Below are positions 9,295-18,793 of a stretch of DNA of 64,000 nucleotides, piece by piece; position 1 is the stretch's first letter, and the number at the start of each line of letters is the position of its first letter. This DNA comes from Bdellovibrio sp. Lineage in GTDB: Bacteria > Bdellovibrionota > Bdellovibrionia > Bdellovibrionales > Bdellovibrionaceae. The notes beneath the pieces were generated by a model. The model ran no database searches. It saw only the letters and a list, made by a program, of their open reading frames with translations, and had not been told where the DNA came from. Location: assembly GCA_036677065.1 (NCBI GenBank), contig JAKFBS010000004.1, forward strand, positions 576,001 through 640,000, in the 5' to 3' direction. Made by a program: the position numbers and the translations under genes.

Positions 9295-9747
9295 TTAAGA
9301 CTTTTCAGCGATGCGTGCTTTAACTTTTAACAGCGCCAATGACAGCGATATTGACATAAAATCAGAAAATACCGAGTAAATTTTATTGTTATTTTTTATG
9401 TTTGGTAATTTTTGATAAGCCCATTTTTTTTGTTCTTCAGACTCAAAAATATTGATAATAAGCACGTTTTTTCTGGCCTTAGCTTCGGCCAAACATTTTA
9501 AAATTGACCCATACTTATCTTGCAAACACCAATCCAGAATTAGAATATCGAAAATCAGTGCAGACTTGAATATGAGCTTTCCATCCGGAGCCGAGCGTGA
9601 AGTTTGACAAGAGACAAGATCACCAAGAATAAACCGGATCACCGCTTTGATTGATTTATTAGGTGAAATAATTAATGCTTTGGCTCGTTTCTCGGATTTA
9701 CTTATTGGCATATGTTGTATCTGTGCAAAAATTTGATTCAAGCTCAT
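9295..9747 (-). CDS. Degenerate receiver-like domain protein
   Basis: ALIISPN...FDILILDW resembles REC beta1-beta3 but lacks the acidic pair. Confidence 0.45.
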   Translation of the reverse strand: MSLNQIFAQIQHMPISKSEKRAKALIISPNKSIKAVIRFILGDLVSCQTSRSAPDGKLIFKSALIFDILILDWCLQDKYGSILKCLAEAKARKNVLIINIFESEEQKKWAYQKLPNIKNNNKIYSVFSDFMSISLSLALLKVKARIAEKS

Positions 9748-10156
9748 TTAATTTTTGCATTACTAAACGGTCAATGTCTGTGCTTTTCAGATTTTCAGAC
9801 GCAGCTATGACTCGCGATACTGTTTTAATAATATCGTGAAGTTGAACAGAGATACTTTTTTTATGTTTTTTTAACGCAATTTTTTTCTTTTCAACTGCAG
9901 ATAGGTTTTGCATTTCTTTAATTCTATCAGGCTGTATGTAAGGATTGTCTGTGTAAGCGCTGCTAGAGACGGATTTTTTTTGCGCAAGCAGGTTTAATTT
10001 ATTCTCGATGGCCTTAAGCTCTTCCAGACGGGTGAAGAGTATTCGATTGAGAGTTTGAATTCGTTCATTCTTTACCGGAGCCAGTGCGTCACAAACATGC
10101 AACATGTTCAAATAAAGATTTAAATTTCGTAATTGTTCGGTCGTTTCCATTCTCAT
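9698..10156 (-). CDS. Hypothetical coiled-coil protein
   Basis: 152-codon ORF, helical and heptad-rich. Confidence 0.55.
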   Translation of the reverse strand: MRMETTEQLRNLNLYLNMLHVCDALAPVKNERIQTLNRILFTRLEELKAIENKLNLLAQKKSVSSSAYTDNPYIQPDRIKEMQNLSAVEKKKIALKKHKKSISVQLHDIIKTVSRVIAASENLKSTDIDRLVMQKLNELESNFCTDTTYANK

Positions 10157-10165
10157 ATATCATTA

Positions 10166-10187
10166 TTATTGCAATATGTTGCAATAG
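10166..10187. promoter_or_regulatory. Second TATTGC-N8-GCAATA palindrome
   Basis: TTATTGCAATATGTTGCAATAG in the divergent gap 10157-10230. Confidence 0.6.
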
Positions 10188-10230
10188 TAAAGACTTGCCA
10201 TGACACGATATTATGGCCTATGAATGAGGA

Positions 10231-10659
10231 GTGAATTATCAATCCAAGTCATTACAAATACCTGTTGAGCTTTTTTATACTAAAAACCATGAGTGGTTAG
10301 CTGTAGATGAGAATGTCGTTACCTTTGGAATTACCGAGCGGGCATCACAAATCTTGGGAGAGATTTTATACGTAGATCTTCCAGATGAAGGCAGCCGTAT
10401 CAATATCGGGTCTCAGGTTGCATCACTTGAAGGTGTTCGCGACATCATGGATTTAATCGCACCGTTCAGTGGTACTGTGCTTGAGATCAATCCGCGGCTT
10501 CTGGAAGACCCGGCTTTAATATCTGATGATGCTTACGGCGAAGGCTGGCTTTTTACGGCTGAATTAGATCATGAAAAAGATCTGGCTCAACTTGTTAGGC
10601 ATTCAGAATACAAACAGCAGTTATTATCGCAAGACAACACTTCTGATGCCACAAAATAG
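10231..10659 (+). CDS. Glycine cleavage H-like protein lacking the lipoyl lysine
   Basis: YTKNHEW, GITE.A...LGEI.YV.LP, APFSG.V.EIN and DAYGEGW motifs; the canonical ESVK reads EGVR. Confidence 0.85.
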   Translation: MNYQSKSLQIPVELFYTKNHEWLAVDENVVTFGITERASQILGEILYVDLPDEGSRINIGSQVASLEGVRDIMDLIAPFSGTVLEINPRLLEDPALISDDAYGEGWLFTAELDHEKDLAQLVRHSEYKQQLLSQDNTSDATK

Positions 10660-11014
10660 TGAAAAGCTAAAAATCTATATTCTTAGCTTTAAACCAGATT
10701 TGATAGCGGATGCAATTTCTTATCTAAGCAAAAAAAAATTTGATGTTTTGGTCTTTGAATCGGCAGTAAAACTTATTGAAGCCATGAAAACAATAAAACC
10801 AAAATGTGTGATGTTAAGTTCTGATGCGATAGAAAATTTAGAAGATATTCCTAAAAAGTTAGCCCTTCATTTTAAGGTTCCGGTCGTTGGTTATGTCGAG
10901 CAAGAGAACATGTTATCTCTTATGCGGCTTCATAAAATGCAAACAGAATATAAAATTCGCCCACCGATAACAGGCGCAGCCAGCTATCGGGTGATTCAAA
11001 AAATCATTTCTTAA
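10646..11014 (+). CDS. Pseudo-receiver-like protein
   Basis: In-frame ATG 10646 overlaps the end of the GcvH-like gene; REC-like alpha/beta pattern without the phospho-acceptor Asp. Confidence 0.5.
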   Translation: MPQNSEKLKIYILSFKPDLIADAISYLSKKKFDVLVFESAVKLIEAMKTIKPKCVMLSSDAIENLEDIPKKLALHFKVPVVGYVEQENMLSLMRLHKMQTEYKIRPPITGAASYRVIQKIIS

Positions 11015-11232
11015 ACTATTTTAACTGAATGATTACCAAAAACCACAACCTGGCCGGCAGTTAACTTTAAGGCTTTTCTAGTTTCGACTTTGCCATTCAC
11101 GCGAACCTGGCCAGCTTCGATAACAGACTTAGCCTGGCCACCAGTTTCACACAGATTGGCGACTTTTAATAAATTTTTTAGTTCGATATGTTCGTGGCCA
11201 TCTAGATCAAATTCGATTTCTTGAAGTTTCAT
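11011..11232 (-). CDS. S4-domain RNA-binding protein (YbcJ/YaaA-like)
   Basis: IELKNLLK...GGQAK..I..G.V.VNG.VETRK motif. Confidence 0.88.
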   Translation of the reverse strand: MKLQEIEFDLDGHEHIELKNLLKVANLCETGGQAKSVIEAGQVRVNGKVETRKALKLTAGQVVVFGNHSVKIV

Positions 11233-11244
11233 AATATATTATTT

Positions 11245-11952
11245 CTATGTCATTATCTGAACATCTGGAAGTGTACTTATGTGGGTGCGCATTTTCTTAA
11301 GCTGATCTTCACGAGTTTTATTTTCGTCATCAGTAGACAGGGGTGCTAATGCTTTTGCCAAACGTTCGCCTTCGGCCATAGGGCTAGTGTGGTGGCTGAA
11401 AACGTGTTTTAGCTTCATAACATGCGCATAAGCAGTTTCAAATTTTTCAGCTAATATTTTTTTAGCTTCTTGTTTTTGACCCATTTGATAACTGATCCAG
11501 GCCCATGAATAAGAAGACTCGTGTAAGGTATTTTTTAACAGGTCGCGGTTGTCTTTAATTTTTTCAAGGTTGGAATTTGAAAGGGGTTCATCCCAGTTTG
11601 ATTTTTTTTCAATAGCCTGTTGAATGACTGTTGTAACATGATTCAAGGTAATAGCTTTTTCTTTTTCAGCTTTTAAATAGGCAGGAATTTTAAAATCTTT
11701 AACTTCGAAAACGTCTTGCGCTAATAACGATAATTTTAGAATGTTAGTTTCGTTTTCGCTAAGCTTTTCGGTGTTTTGTTTTTTAGTGTAAAAGCTGATA
11801 ACTTCAGAGACCGCAAAAGCTTGCTGCTGCATCGGTGGAGCCAAAGCCATGTCAGCGGCCATTTTAGCGAAAATCGTTTCGCTTGCGAACAACACGACCA
11901 GTAATAATGGTAAAAAAGTTTTTAAGTTCAGCTTATTCTGTGTATAATTCAT
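11245..11952 (-). CDS. Exported helical hypothetical protein
   Basis: Signal peptide (LLLVVLFASETIFA); all-alpha body. Confidence 0.65.
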   Translation of the reverse strand: MNYTQNKLNLKTFLPLLLVVLFASETIFAKMAADMALAPPMQQQAFAVSEVISFYTKKQNTEKLSENETNILKLSLLAQDVFEVKDFKIPAYLKAEKEKAITLNHVTTVIQQAIEKKSNWDEPLSNSNLEKIKDNRDLLKNTLHESSYSWAWISYQMGQKQEAKKILAEKFETAYAHVMKLKHVFSHHTSPMAEGERLAKALAPLSTDDENKTREDQLKKMRTHISTLPDVQIMT

Positions 11953-12067
11953 GCTGTATCCCCGAGTGTTATAACTTAAATGCTAACTTTACTTGAGCAG
12001 GTTTGTAAACATGATAAATATTGCGACACAGCTAGATCATTTTCGCGCGATCGTGTTGCGCCTGACT

Positions 12068-13108
12068 ATGAAGAGCAGCTATTTGCGTGAAATTTACTGT
12101 GACCGTTCATATCGCCTTAGCTTAAGTTATATTTTATTAAGCGCCATTTACCTGTTCTTAAGTTTGAAATACTCGGTCGTTCTTTTGGTCTTAGGGCCTC
12201 TGCTGCTAGGATACCCGCACTTAGTGGCAAGCTATCGCTTCGTGCAAAAATCAGCTTCTGGATTGTCTGTGCGCTTACAAACAACGGCCGTTTTTCGTTT
12301 TTTTATTTTTTTAACGGCAAGTTCTTTGTTTATTCGGTTTGCGTTACCAAAGTTTATAAACTTACCGCAACTACCTTATGGCGCTTGGGAAATCTTGTTA
12401 TCATTATCGGTGTTAGCTATCGTAAAAATAAAGCTAACTTCAGTTTTTGATGTGTTGGTCGCAACAATGACCTTATTGCTAACAGCAGGGGTTTTAAGTT
12501 TAGCCTGGCATGACCCGCTGGCTTTTGTAGGCATTGCTTTAATTTTTCATAATTGGGTGGCGTTCGGGCATTGGTTTTTTGCCGCAAAAGATTATAAAAA
12601 TAGGGCCGTGGCATTTTCGGCGCTCTTGATCTTTGCGCTGATTCATTTTGTGGTGCTATTAGGTTATTTCGATACCGCAATTTCATTTCCCGAAATTAGT
12701 TTTCTTTCTGAACAGTCATTTGGCGTACGCGGTTGGGTCTTAGCACCCTGGACATCCGATGAAATGATATGGAACCGAATCATCGTTTTATATACCTTCG
12801 GTTTGTCAGTGCATTATTTTATCTGGCTTCGGGCGATTCCGCAGTGTTTAGATGAAAAATCTGTGCCGAATTCATTTCGCAATAGTTTGCGACAGCTGCG
12901 TAAAGACTGTGGGCCGAAAACGACAAGTGCTCTTTTGCTGGTGGGGGCAGTGGTTGGTTTAGCTATGTGGTTTCACACGGCCCTTGCCGGCCGAATCTAT
13001 TTCGGGATCGCGATGTTGCATGGTTGGGTCGAGATGGTGTTTTTGATGATCGCATTGAGCTCATATTTTTTGAAATTATCACTTCGTACTGCGCCACGAA
13101 CGAATTGA
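12068..13108 (+). CDS. Polytopic membrane protein with four His motifs (start uncertain)
   Basis: About 9-10 TM helices; GYPH, FHNW, VHY and LHGW motifs. Confidence 0.7.
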   Translation: MKSSYLREIYCDRSYRLSLSYILLSAIYLFLSLKYSVVLLVLGPLLLGYPHLVASYRFVQKSASGLSVRLQTTAVFRFFIFLTASSLFIRFALPKFINLPQLPYGAWEILLSLSVLAIVKIKLTSVFDVLVATMTLLLTAGVLSLAWHDPLAFVGIALIFHNWVAFGHWFFAAKDYKNRAVAFSALLIFALIHFVVLLGYFDTAISFPEISFLSEQSFGVRGWVLAPWTSDEMIWNRIIVLYTFGLSVHYFIWLRAIPQCLDEKSVPNSFRNSLRQLRKDCGPKTTSALLLVGAVVGLAMWFHTALAGRIYFGIAMLHGWVEMVFLMIALSSYFLKLSLRTAPRTN

Positions 13109-13173
13109 GCTTGTTTACGCAGACCTTTGGCTCTGGATCTTGTATATGTCACACATAAGGCTACCATAAAGAG

Positions 13174-13410
13174 ATGAAAGTCTTTAAATCGCTGATCGAA
13201 AACACCTCTATTTTTTTAGTCTGCGAAGACTCTTCTGGTAACGTCTATCAATCAAAAATTCTGATTAGTAGTGAAGCCGATTATTCGGCCATGTTGGGTC
13301 GTTTAAAAATGCGTCGCGATGAAAAAGTTATGCTCGATAATAACCTTACAACGGCAGATATGGTTTATGTTTCGCTTTCGCGCCGAATCGCCAATCGTAT
13401 TAAGAAATAA
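13174..13410 (+). CDS. Hypothetical protein
   Basis: 78-codon ATG ORF in an intergenic-sized gap. Confidence 0.5.
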   Translation: MKVFKSLIENTSIFLVCEDSSGNVYQSKILISSEADYSAMLGRLKMRRDEKVMLDNNLTTADMVYVSLSRRIANRIKK

Positions 13411-13461
13411 AAATTAATATATAAGTTTACGCATATAGATGCGGGGCTTTAGCAATAACTA

Positions 13462-14256
13462 CTAAGGCACGGGCTGTTGACATAGGTTTGTAAATTGGTG
13501 CATGAACTTTTCATGAAAAGCTTCTTCGATCGAGTACATTCCTGACTTTTTGTTCGCTAGCCATTTTGCAGCGTAAATTCCACCTGCACCGAATGCGCCC
13601 CTGTCGGTTGACTCATGAACTAGGGTTATTGTTTGGTTTTTTAATCCAAAAATGACTTCGTGTTTTCCGACAAGGCTACCAACTCTAATAGAATTAACTT
13701 TTTTCGAAGAATCAAGATTTAACTGTTGTGCAATTTTCAGCGCAGTACCTGAAACTTCTTTTTTTTCTCTGAAATGCTGTTCGATAATTTCTATATCAGC
13801 TTCGGGGATGATTTTTTTTAATACTTTAGAAGCAATAATCAACCAGTTAATGCCTAAAGTAATATTCGGAGAATGTAGCAGTGCTGTTTTTTTTGCTGCT
13901 TGTGTTAGTAAATCAAATTCTTTTTCGCTATACTTTGAAATCGCGCTTACAATTTTAATTCCATTTGAGGCTATCAGATCGTAACATTCAACAGCTGTGC
14001 TTGATGAAAAATCAATAAGTACATCGATTGGATTTGCTGCTAAAAAGTCTTTAGTTAGCTCTTCATGCATGATGAACGGTGCAAACTCTGATTTATGCCC
14101 GAGAGCTTGGCTTGCAAATTTAATTTCTTCTGAGCGTCGCTTTCTGCAAACCCATTTTAAGTTGAGTGTGCTGTCTTGAATGATTTCTTTAGCAACAAGG
14201 CTACCGGTGCGCCCAAAGCCTAACAATCCAATATTGATTGATGGAACAGATTTCAT
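13462..14256 (-). CDS. dapB: 4-hydroxy-tetrahydrodipicolinate reductase (divergent)
   Basis: GFGRTG, IDFS, SPNITLG, E.HF.EK...SGTA, VGKHEV.F and R.AFGAG motifs. Confidence 0.85.
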   Translation of the reverse strand: MKSVPSINIGLLGFGRTGSLVAKEIIQDSTLNLKWVCRKRRSEEIKFASQALGHKSEFAPFIMHEELTKDFLAANPIDVLIDFSSSTAVECYDLIASNGIKIVSAISKYSEKEFDLLTQAAKKTALLHSPNITLGINWLIIASKVLKKIIPEADIEIIEQHFREKKEVSGTALKIAQQLNLDSSKKVNSIRVGSLVGKHEVIFGLKNQTITLVHESTDRGAFGAGGIYAAKWLANKKSGMYSIEEAFHEKFMHQFTNLCQQPVP

Positions 14257-14267
14257 ATTTTATTAAC

Positions 14268-14684
14268 TTACTTTGTTGGTTTGCTGGTATCTTTAGGCGT
14301 GCAGGCATAGCCAGCATTTTCTAAATTGTGACGTATGTTTTGATTCACTTTTTCACAATATGTTAGTCCGTGTTTTGACCATGCGATTGGTTCAGATTTG
14401 CTGTGATTTGAGTACCACAGTTTGCAACCTGCCGGCGCCGTCAATTCAATATGGATATTGCGAACTTCATTGTTAGCTTTGCAATCGTAGGCATCAACTT
14501 TGGGCCAGTTCTGCATAGATTTAGTTGAACTCTGTTGAGCTGAATCTGATTTAGTTGCTTCAACGGCAGGGGGAGGGGTTGATGTCGCTGTTTTACCAGT
14601 TCCGTCATTCGTGTTCGACAGTGTCTTACCGGCACAACTAGAAAGAACAACCACAAAAAACAAAGTCAATACCGAATGAAACAT
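14268..14684 (-). CDS. Lipoprotein with four-Cys C-terminal domain
   Basis: Lipobox LSSC; SD GGAGG; ends NLENAGYAC. Confidence 0.75.
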   Translation of the reverse strand: MFHSVLTLFFVVVLSSCAGKTLSNTNDGTGKTATSTPPPAVEATKSDSAQQSSTKSMQNWPKVDAYDCKANNEVRNIHIELTAPAGCKLWYSNHSKSEPIAWSKHGLTYCEKVNQNIRHNLENAGYACTPKDTSKPTK

Positions 14685-14935
14685 TTATCCTCCAATTTTT
14701 AGAATTATTAATTCACCTTGTATTGCTTCGATAAACTAAGCAACTCCGACTGACTAGCCGCAACAGTTGTCTATGATGATTTAAATTAGCAATGATTTCA
14801 GTTGGTTACCGCAACAAAAAATTTTTCACCTATCTAAAGATAAACTATAATTTATCTTTAGAATTAAAAAATAATATCTTTGTCTAGAGTGTGATTATAG
14901 TTGTTCTTCCGAAAAAAAAAGGACAATTTTAGTTT

Positions 14936-15607
14936 ATGAGTATCGTGAATGTATTGGTTGTTGAGGATGAGGTTAGGTTATTAGACTATCTTGCCGAAAT
15001 AATTTCAGCTGAAGGTTTTAATGTTACTAAATGTAACTCGTTCGATGATTTGCAGCTGCAAATCACTGGTGTTTCACAAAAACCTGATGTCATTATACTA
15101 GATCGATTACTTGGCGGAAAAGACTCAGCATCGCTTGTGCCGCTAATTATTGATAAATGTCCGAATTCAAAAGTTTTAGTTCTGTCGGCAATAAATTCAT
15201 CGGCTGAAAAAGCCGCCCTGTTAGATCAAGGTGTCGAAGATTATCTCGCAAAGCCATTTGAAGCCGCTGAGTTAACTGCAAGAATTAGAGTATTGCTGCG
15301 TAGAAATTCAAATGAGTTAGCATTTAGCAATGTTGTGCTTGATTTAGAAAAACGAGTTGCAAAAGTTGACGGGCAAGAAGTTAATCTTCAGAACAGAGAG
15401 TTTTTACTATTAAAGACTTTAGTTAAAATACCCGGAAAAATTTATAATAAAAAATATTTATATGAGCATGTTTGGGAAGTAAGTTCTGATGTTGACAGTA
15501 ACGTCGTTGAGACGACAGTAAATAAGCTAAGACGCAGAATGGAAGAAGCTGGCGCAAGACTTAAAATAAATTGTATTCGGTACAAGGGGTATTGGGTTGA
15601 GGACTAG
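14936..15607 (+). CDS. OmpR-family response regulator
   Basis: VVEDE, IILD, KPF and C-terminal wHTH (LRRR...IRYKGY). Confidence 0.92.
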   Translation: MSIVNVLVVEDEVRLLDYLAEIISAEGFNVTKCNSFDDLQLQITGVSQKPDVIILDRLLGGKDSASLVPLIIDKCPNSKVLVLSAINSSAEKAALLDQGVEDYLAKPFEAAELTARIRVLLRRNSNELAFSNVVLDLEKRVAKVDGQEVNLQNREFLLLKTLVKIPGKIYNKKYLYEHVWEVSSDVDSNVVETTVNKLRRRMEEAGARLKINCIRYKGYWVED

Positions 15608-16961
15608 ATTTTTTATTATTATAATTTTTTCTTTGATCCTTGCGGCCGTGGGCATAAATCTTGTTCAGAACCATTTTTTTAAAAATCAGCGGCTAAGATT
15701 GATAGATAGACAAATTGAAGAAAGCTCTTCTGTTTTGCTTAAGTCCAACGATTTTTTAAAAACCTTAAGTCGCCCAGAGAGTATTGAAGAAAATATTACC
15801 AAAGTTCTAGCGAGCGCAAGAATAGGAAAAGTATTTGTACTAAGAGATGAAAAAGGAAACATTTTATATCAAAGTTTTAATGTCGGTTTGCTTAAGGCAG
15901 ATTTACCGACGACGCCAGATTGGATAATGGTCGAATCAGAAGACATGTTTACCCGAATAAAAAATGTGCCAGTTCCCGGAAAAAGTAAACATGTGTTGCA
16001 AGTCGGATTGGTTTTAAATCAAAATTTCTTAGATTGGGAAATAGTCGATTCTAAAGTTGTCATGTATGTCACTGGAATTGTACTGACATTGTTCTTAATC
16101 GCTGCAATTTTAACGCTCGTGTTGCTTTCTCCGCTTCGCAATTTAAATGCACATTTAAAAGGTGCCACATCAAATTTAACTAATATGAAAGATGTTAAAT
16201 CTTTGCCGCAGAGATTGCTCAGGTATAAAAGAACATATTGGGTAGCTGCTGATGAGTTTTCAAGTTTGTTAAGTACGATACAAAAATTGATTGATCGTAT
16301 TAATTTAAATTATAAATTAACTAGGTCGTGGACTTCGCAAATGGCGCACGAGCTTAAAACGCCTCTTGCGATAATCAAGATAGAAGTAGATTCTGTTAAA
16401 AATAAATCAGATTTTGGCGAGAAATTAAAAGAGGGTATACTTGCTGAAGTTACACACATGTCTGAAATTATCAGTCAATTTTTAGATTGGGCTGAGTTAG
16501 AAAGTTCGCACAGGCAAAAGGATTTGCATGCGATCAGAATAAAGTCTTCCATTTTAAATGTAGCCGCCCGGTTGGAAAAAATTTTTCCGAAAAGAATTCA
16601 GATGAGCTTAGAGAGTGATTTTTCGGTTGTTGCAAATCCAAACCATCTGGATCAGGTCATAACTAATTTATTATCAAATGCATTAAAGTTTTCACCTCAT
16701 ACGATGAAAGTTCGTATTGATTTAGCAGGTAATAGTCTTGTGATTAGAGACTACGGGCCAGGGTTTCCGAATGAGGTGTTAGAGCGATTGGGACAACCTT
16801 TTAATTTGGGAACAAGTAAAGCATCTGGTAACGGCTTGGGGCTGGCTTTGGTGTCGACAGTTGTAAAAACTTATCAATGGCAAATGAAAATTGACACTAA
16901 CGAGTCAGGTTCGGTTGTGAGCATTGTTTTTCCAACCGAAGAACTAAGCGATGATTTTTAA
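15597..16961 (+). CDS. Membrane sensor histidine kinase
   Basis: Two TM helices; AHELKTPL, NLLSNALKF, DYGPG and GNGLGL boxes. Confidence 0.92.
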   Translation: MRTRFFIIIIFSLILAAVGINLVQNHFFKNQRLRLIDRQIEESSSVLLKSNDFLKTLSRPESIEENITKVLASARIGKVFVLRDEKGNILYQSFNVGLLKADLPTTPDWIMVESEDMFTRIKNVPVPGKSKHVLQVGLVLNQNFLDWEIVDSKVVMYVTGIVLTLFLIAAILTLVLLSPLRNLNAHLKGATSNLTNMKDVKSLPQRLLRYKRTYWVAADEFSSLLSTIQKLIDRINLNYKLTRSWTSQMAHELKTPLAIIKIEVDSVKNKSDFGEKLKEGILAEVTHMSEIISQFLDWAELESSHRQKDLHAIRIKSSILNVAARLEKIFPKRIQMSLESDFSVVANPNHLDQVITNLLSNALKFSPHTMKVRIDLAGNSLVIRDYGPGFPNEVLERLGQPFNLGTSKASGNGLGLALVSTVVKTYQWQMKIDTNESGSVVSIVFPTEELSDDF

Positions 16962-16974
16962 AAAGTCTTTCAAA

Positions 16975-18786
16975 TTAAAGCCGATCCGGTAACAACTTTT
17001 TTAGTCGATCTAAGAAAGTAAACTTTTCTTTACCCAAGCCAGGTGATGGATGGCCATCGACACGTAATTGAAAAAGAAAATAGGGCGGGATACATGATCC
17101 CTTGCCACTAGAAGTGCTGGCGCAGATATAGTCATCACGGCAGAATTTATCAGAATCGCACTCTTGCATAGAGGCCGGTCTAACGTTTTCACTAAGACAT
17201 TTAGCAAATGGTATTTTGCCGGTGGCTAAACAGCTATTAAATTCGTGTAGGACGGCGATAGATCCACAAGTTTCACCGGCTTTTAAGTTTGTACAAGAGC
17301 CAGCGCACATGCCATTCGGAAAGCCCACAGATGTGTCTTCACAGACTGAATTGCTGCCGCAGAAAGAATCGGCTGATAATTTAAGACCATCTTTTTTGGG
17401 ATTAGTATTGTGAACCATACGCGCGGCTGTACACGGTGATCCTGAAATTCTATTTATCGGAACGCAAATTCCAGTAGGGCTTATAACTTTATCCGCTGTT
17501 AAAGACTGGCACTCATAACCTTCGCTGCAGGTCCAAGCTGCAAAAGATGGATCACCTAAACCACAATGACTGCCCATTTTACCTTCGCCAGCAACAGCGT
17601 GCACTGAAAGCGGGCGGCTATGAGGAAGGTTTTCTTTTTTCTGGATGGCTTCAATAAAAAGACCGCGGCGTTTTTGATCCAACAAAAAATGCGGAGAAGA
17701 AGATGTGAAAATAGAATTTACGGCATCGGTCGCAGCTTTATCTTTTCCTAAGAAGTGAAATCCCGCAACTGTTCGCCCTTGGTGGCAGCCGACACAAGAC
17801 ATATCATTTAATCGTCGCAGTAATCCCATCGATGTTTTAAATGAACTATAATCTTTTAATTCTGTTTCAGAAAAATCCTGGGCTTTAAAAAGTTGTGAAA
17901 AATTGGCGTTATGAGTGCGGTGAGTTCCATGCAGGGCTACTGATGTTGCTCGCGTTGCCAAAAATTTTTCAGGAATTACAACAATACCGTCATCAATGTT
18001 TTTAAGATTTTTTTTCTCGGTTAGCCATGCAAGTAGTTCTTGGCGAAGTTTTTTGTCGGCTAAAAGTTTTTTTATATCCGGCGTGTTTTCAAGTGTACCT
18101 AAAGTAATTTTTCCATTTTTAGGCGTAAAAACTCGTAACATGTATTCAGCGTATCCTGCCATATCAGGGCGAATAGTTGATGGCCAGCGCACTGACTGCA
18201 TATTCACTTCAATTGATTTTAGTTCGCCTAAAATAAGTCCTTTTTCATTTTGCGCAACGAACTCTGTCCATTTCTGAAGTGGGGTGCGACAGTTATCCGA
18301 ACCCTTCGGAATCCAAAAAACCGCATTGATCGTCATAGGTAGCCTTGAATAAGTCGAAGGTTGCGTCGTTGTTTTATAAGATAGGCGATAGATAAAACGA
18401 ATCTCACCACAGCTTTCAGGATGAAACGACAACCGATCCATGCGATTAACGATTCCCACAAGTTCATACGATGCATAATTTGAAATTAACCACTGAGAAT
18501 CAAATAGGCGGTGTGAACCTTTCATCGAAATGAAGAGTTTCGGGTCTTCTTTTTTAAGGTCTTCAATTTCAGTCCCTAAACTTTTTGCGATAAAGGCGTA
18601 AGAAGGGTTTTTTAAGAGAAGTTCGTTGTTGGCGCGAGGAACAGGTTCGTTAAATACAAGACGGGCGATATCAAAGCCCTGCGACTCTAATTGGATCAGA
18701 GTTTGCGGGTTGTCGATAAAGAGTGTGGCTGCCCGAGCTTGGCAGAAACCGAACAAAAATAAAATAAGAGTCAGACAGGTTTGCAT
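16975..18786 (-). CDS. Exported protein with one CxxCH heme motif and a Cys-rich C-terminal third
   Basis: Signal peptide ending ARA; SCVGCHQ; many Cys in the last ~190 aa. Confidence 0.75.
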   Translation of the reverse strand: MQTCLTLILFLFGFCQARAATLFIDNPQTLIQLESQGFDIARLVFNEPVPRANNELLLKNPSYAFIAKSLGTEIEDLKKEDPKLFISMKGSHRLFDSQWLISNYASYELVGIVNRMDRLSFHPESCGEIRFIYRLSYKTTTQPSTYSRLPMTINAVFWIPKGSDNCRTPLQKWTEFVAQNEKGLILGELKSIEVNMQSVRWPSTIRPDMAGYAEYMLRVFTPKNGKITLGTLENTPDIKKLLADKKLRQELLAWLTEKKNLKNIDDGIVVIPEKFLATRATSVALHGTHRTHNANFSQLFKAQDFSETELKDYSSFKTSMGLLRRLNDMSCVGCHQGRTVAGFHFLGKDKAATDAVNSIFTSSSPHFLLDQKRRGLFIEAIQKKENLPHSRPLSVHAVAGEGKMGSHCGLGDPSFAAWTCSEGYECQSLTADKVISPTGICVPINRISGSPCTAARMVHNTNPKKDGLKLSADSFCGSNSVCEDTSVGFPNGMCAGSCTNLKAGETCGSIAVLHEFNSCLATGKIPFAKCLSENVRPASMQECDSDKFCRDDYICASTSSGKGSCIPPYFLFQLRVDGHPSPGLGKEKFTFLDRLKKLLPDRL

Positions 18787-18793
18787 AACTCAA

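Noticed and set aside
14936..16961. Two-component pair as a recent horizontal transfer (looks richer in AGA/ATA codons)
   Set aside because: Impression by eye only; there are no mobility features and I could not compute codon statistics.
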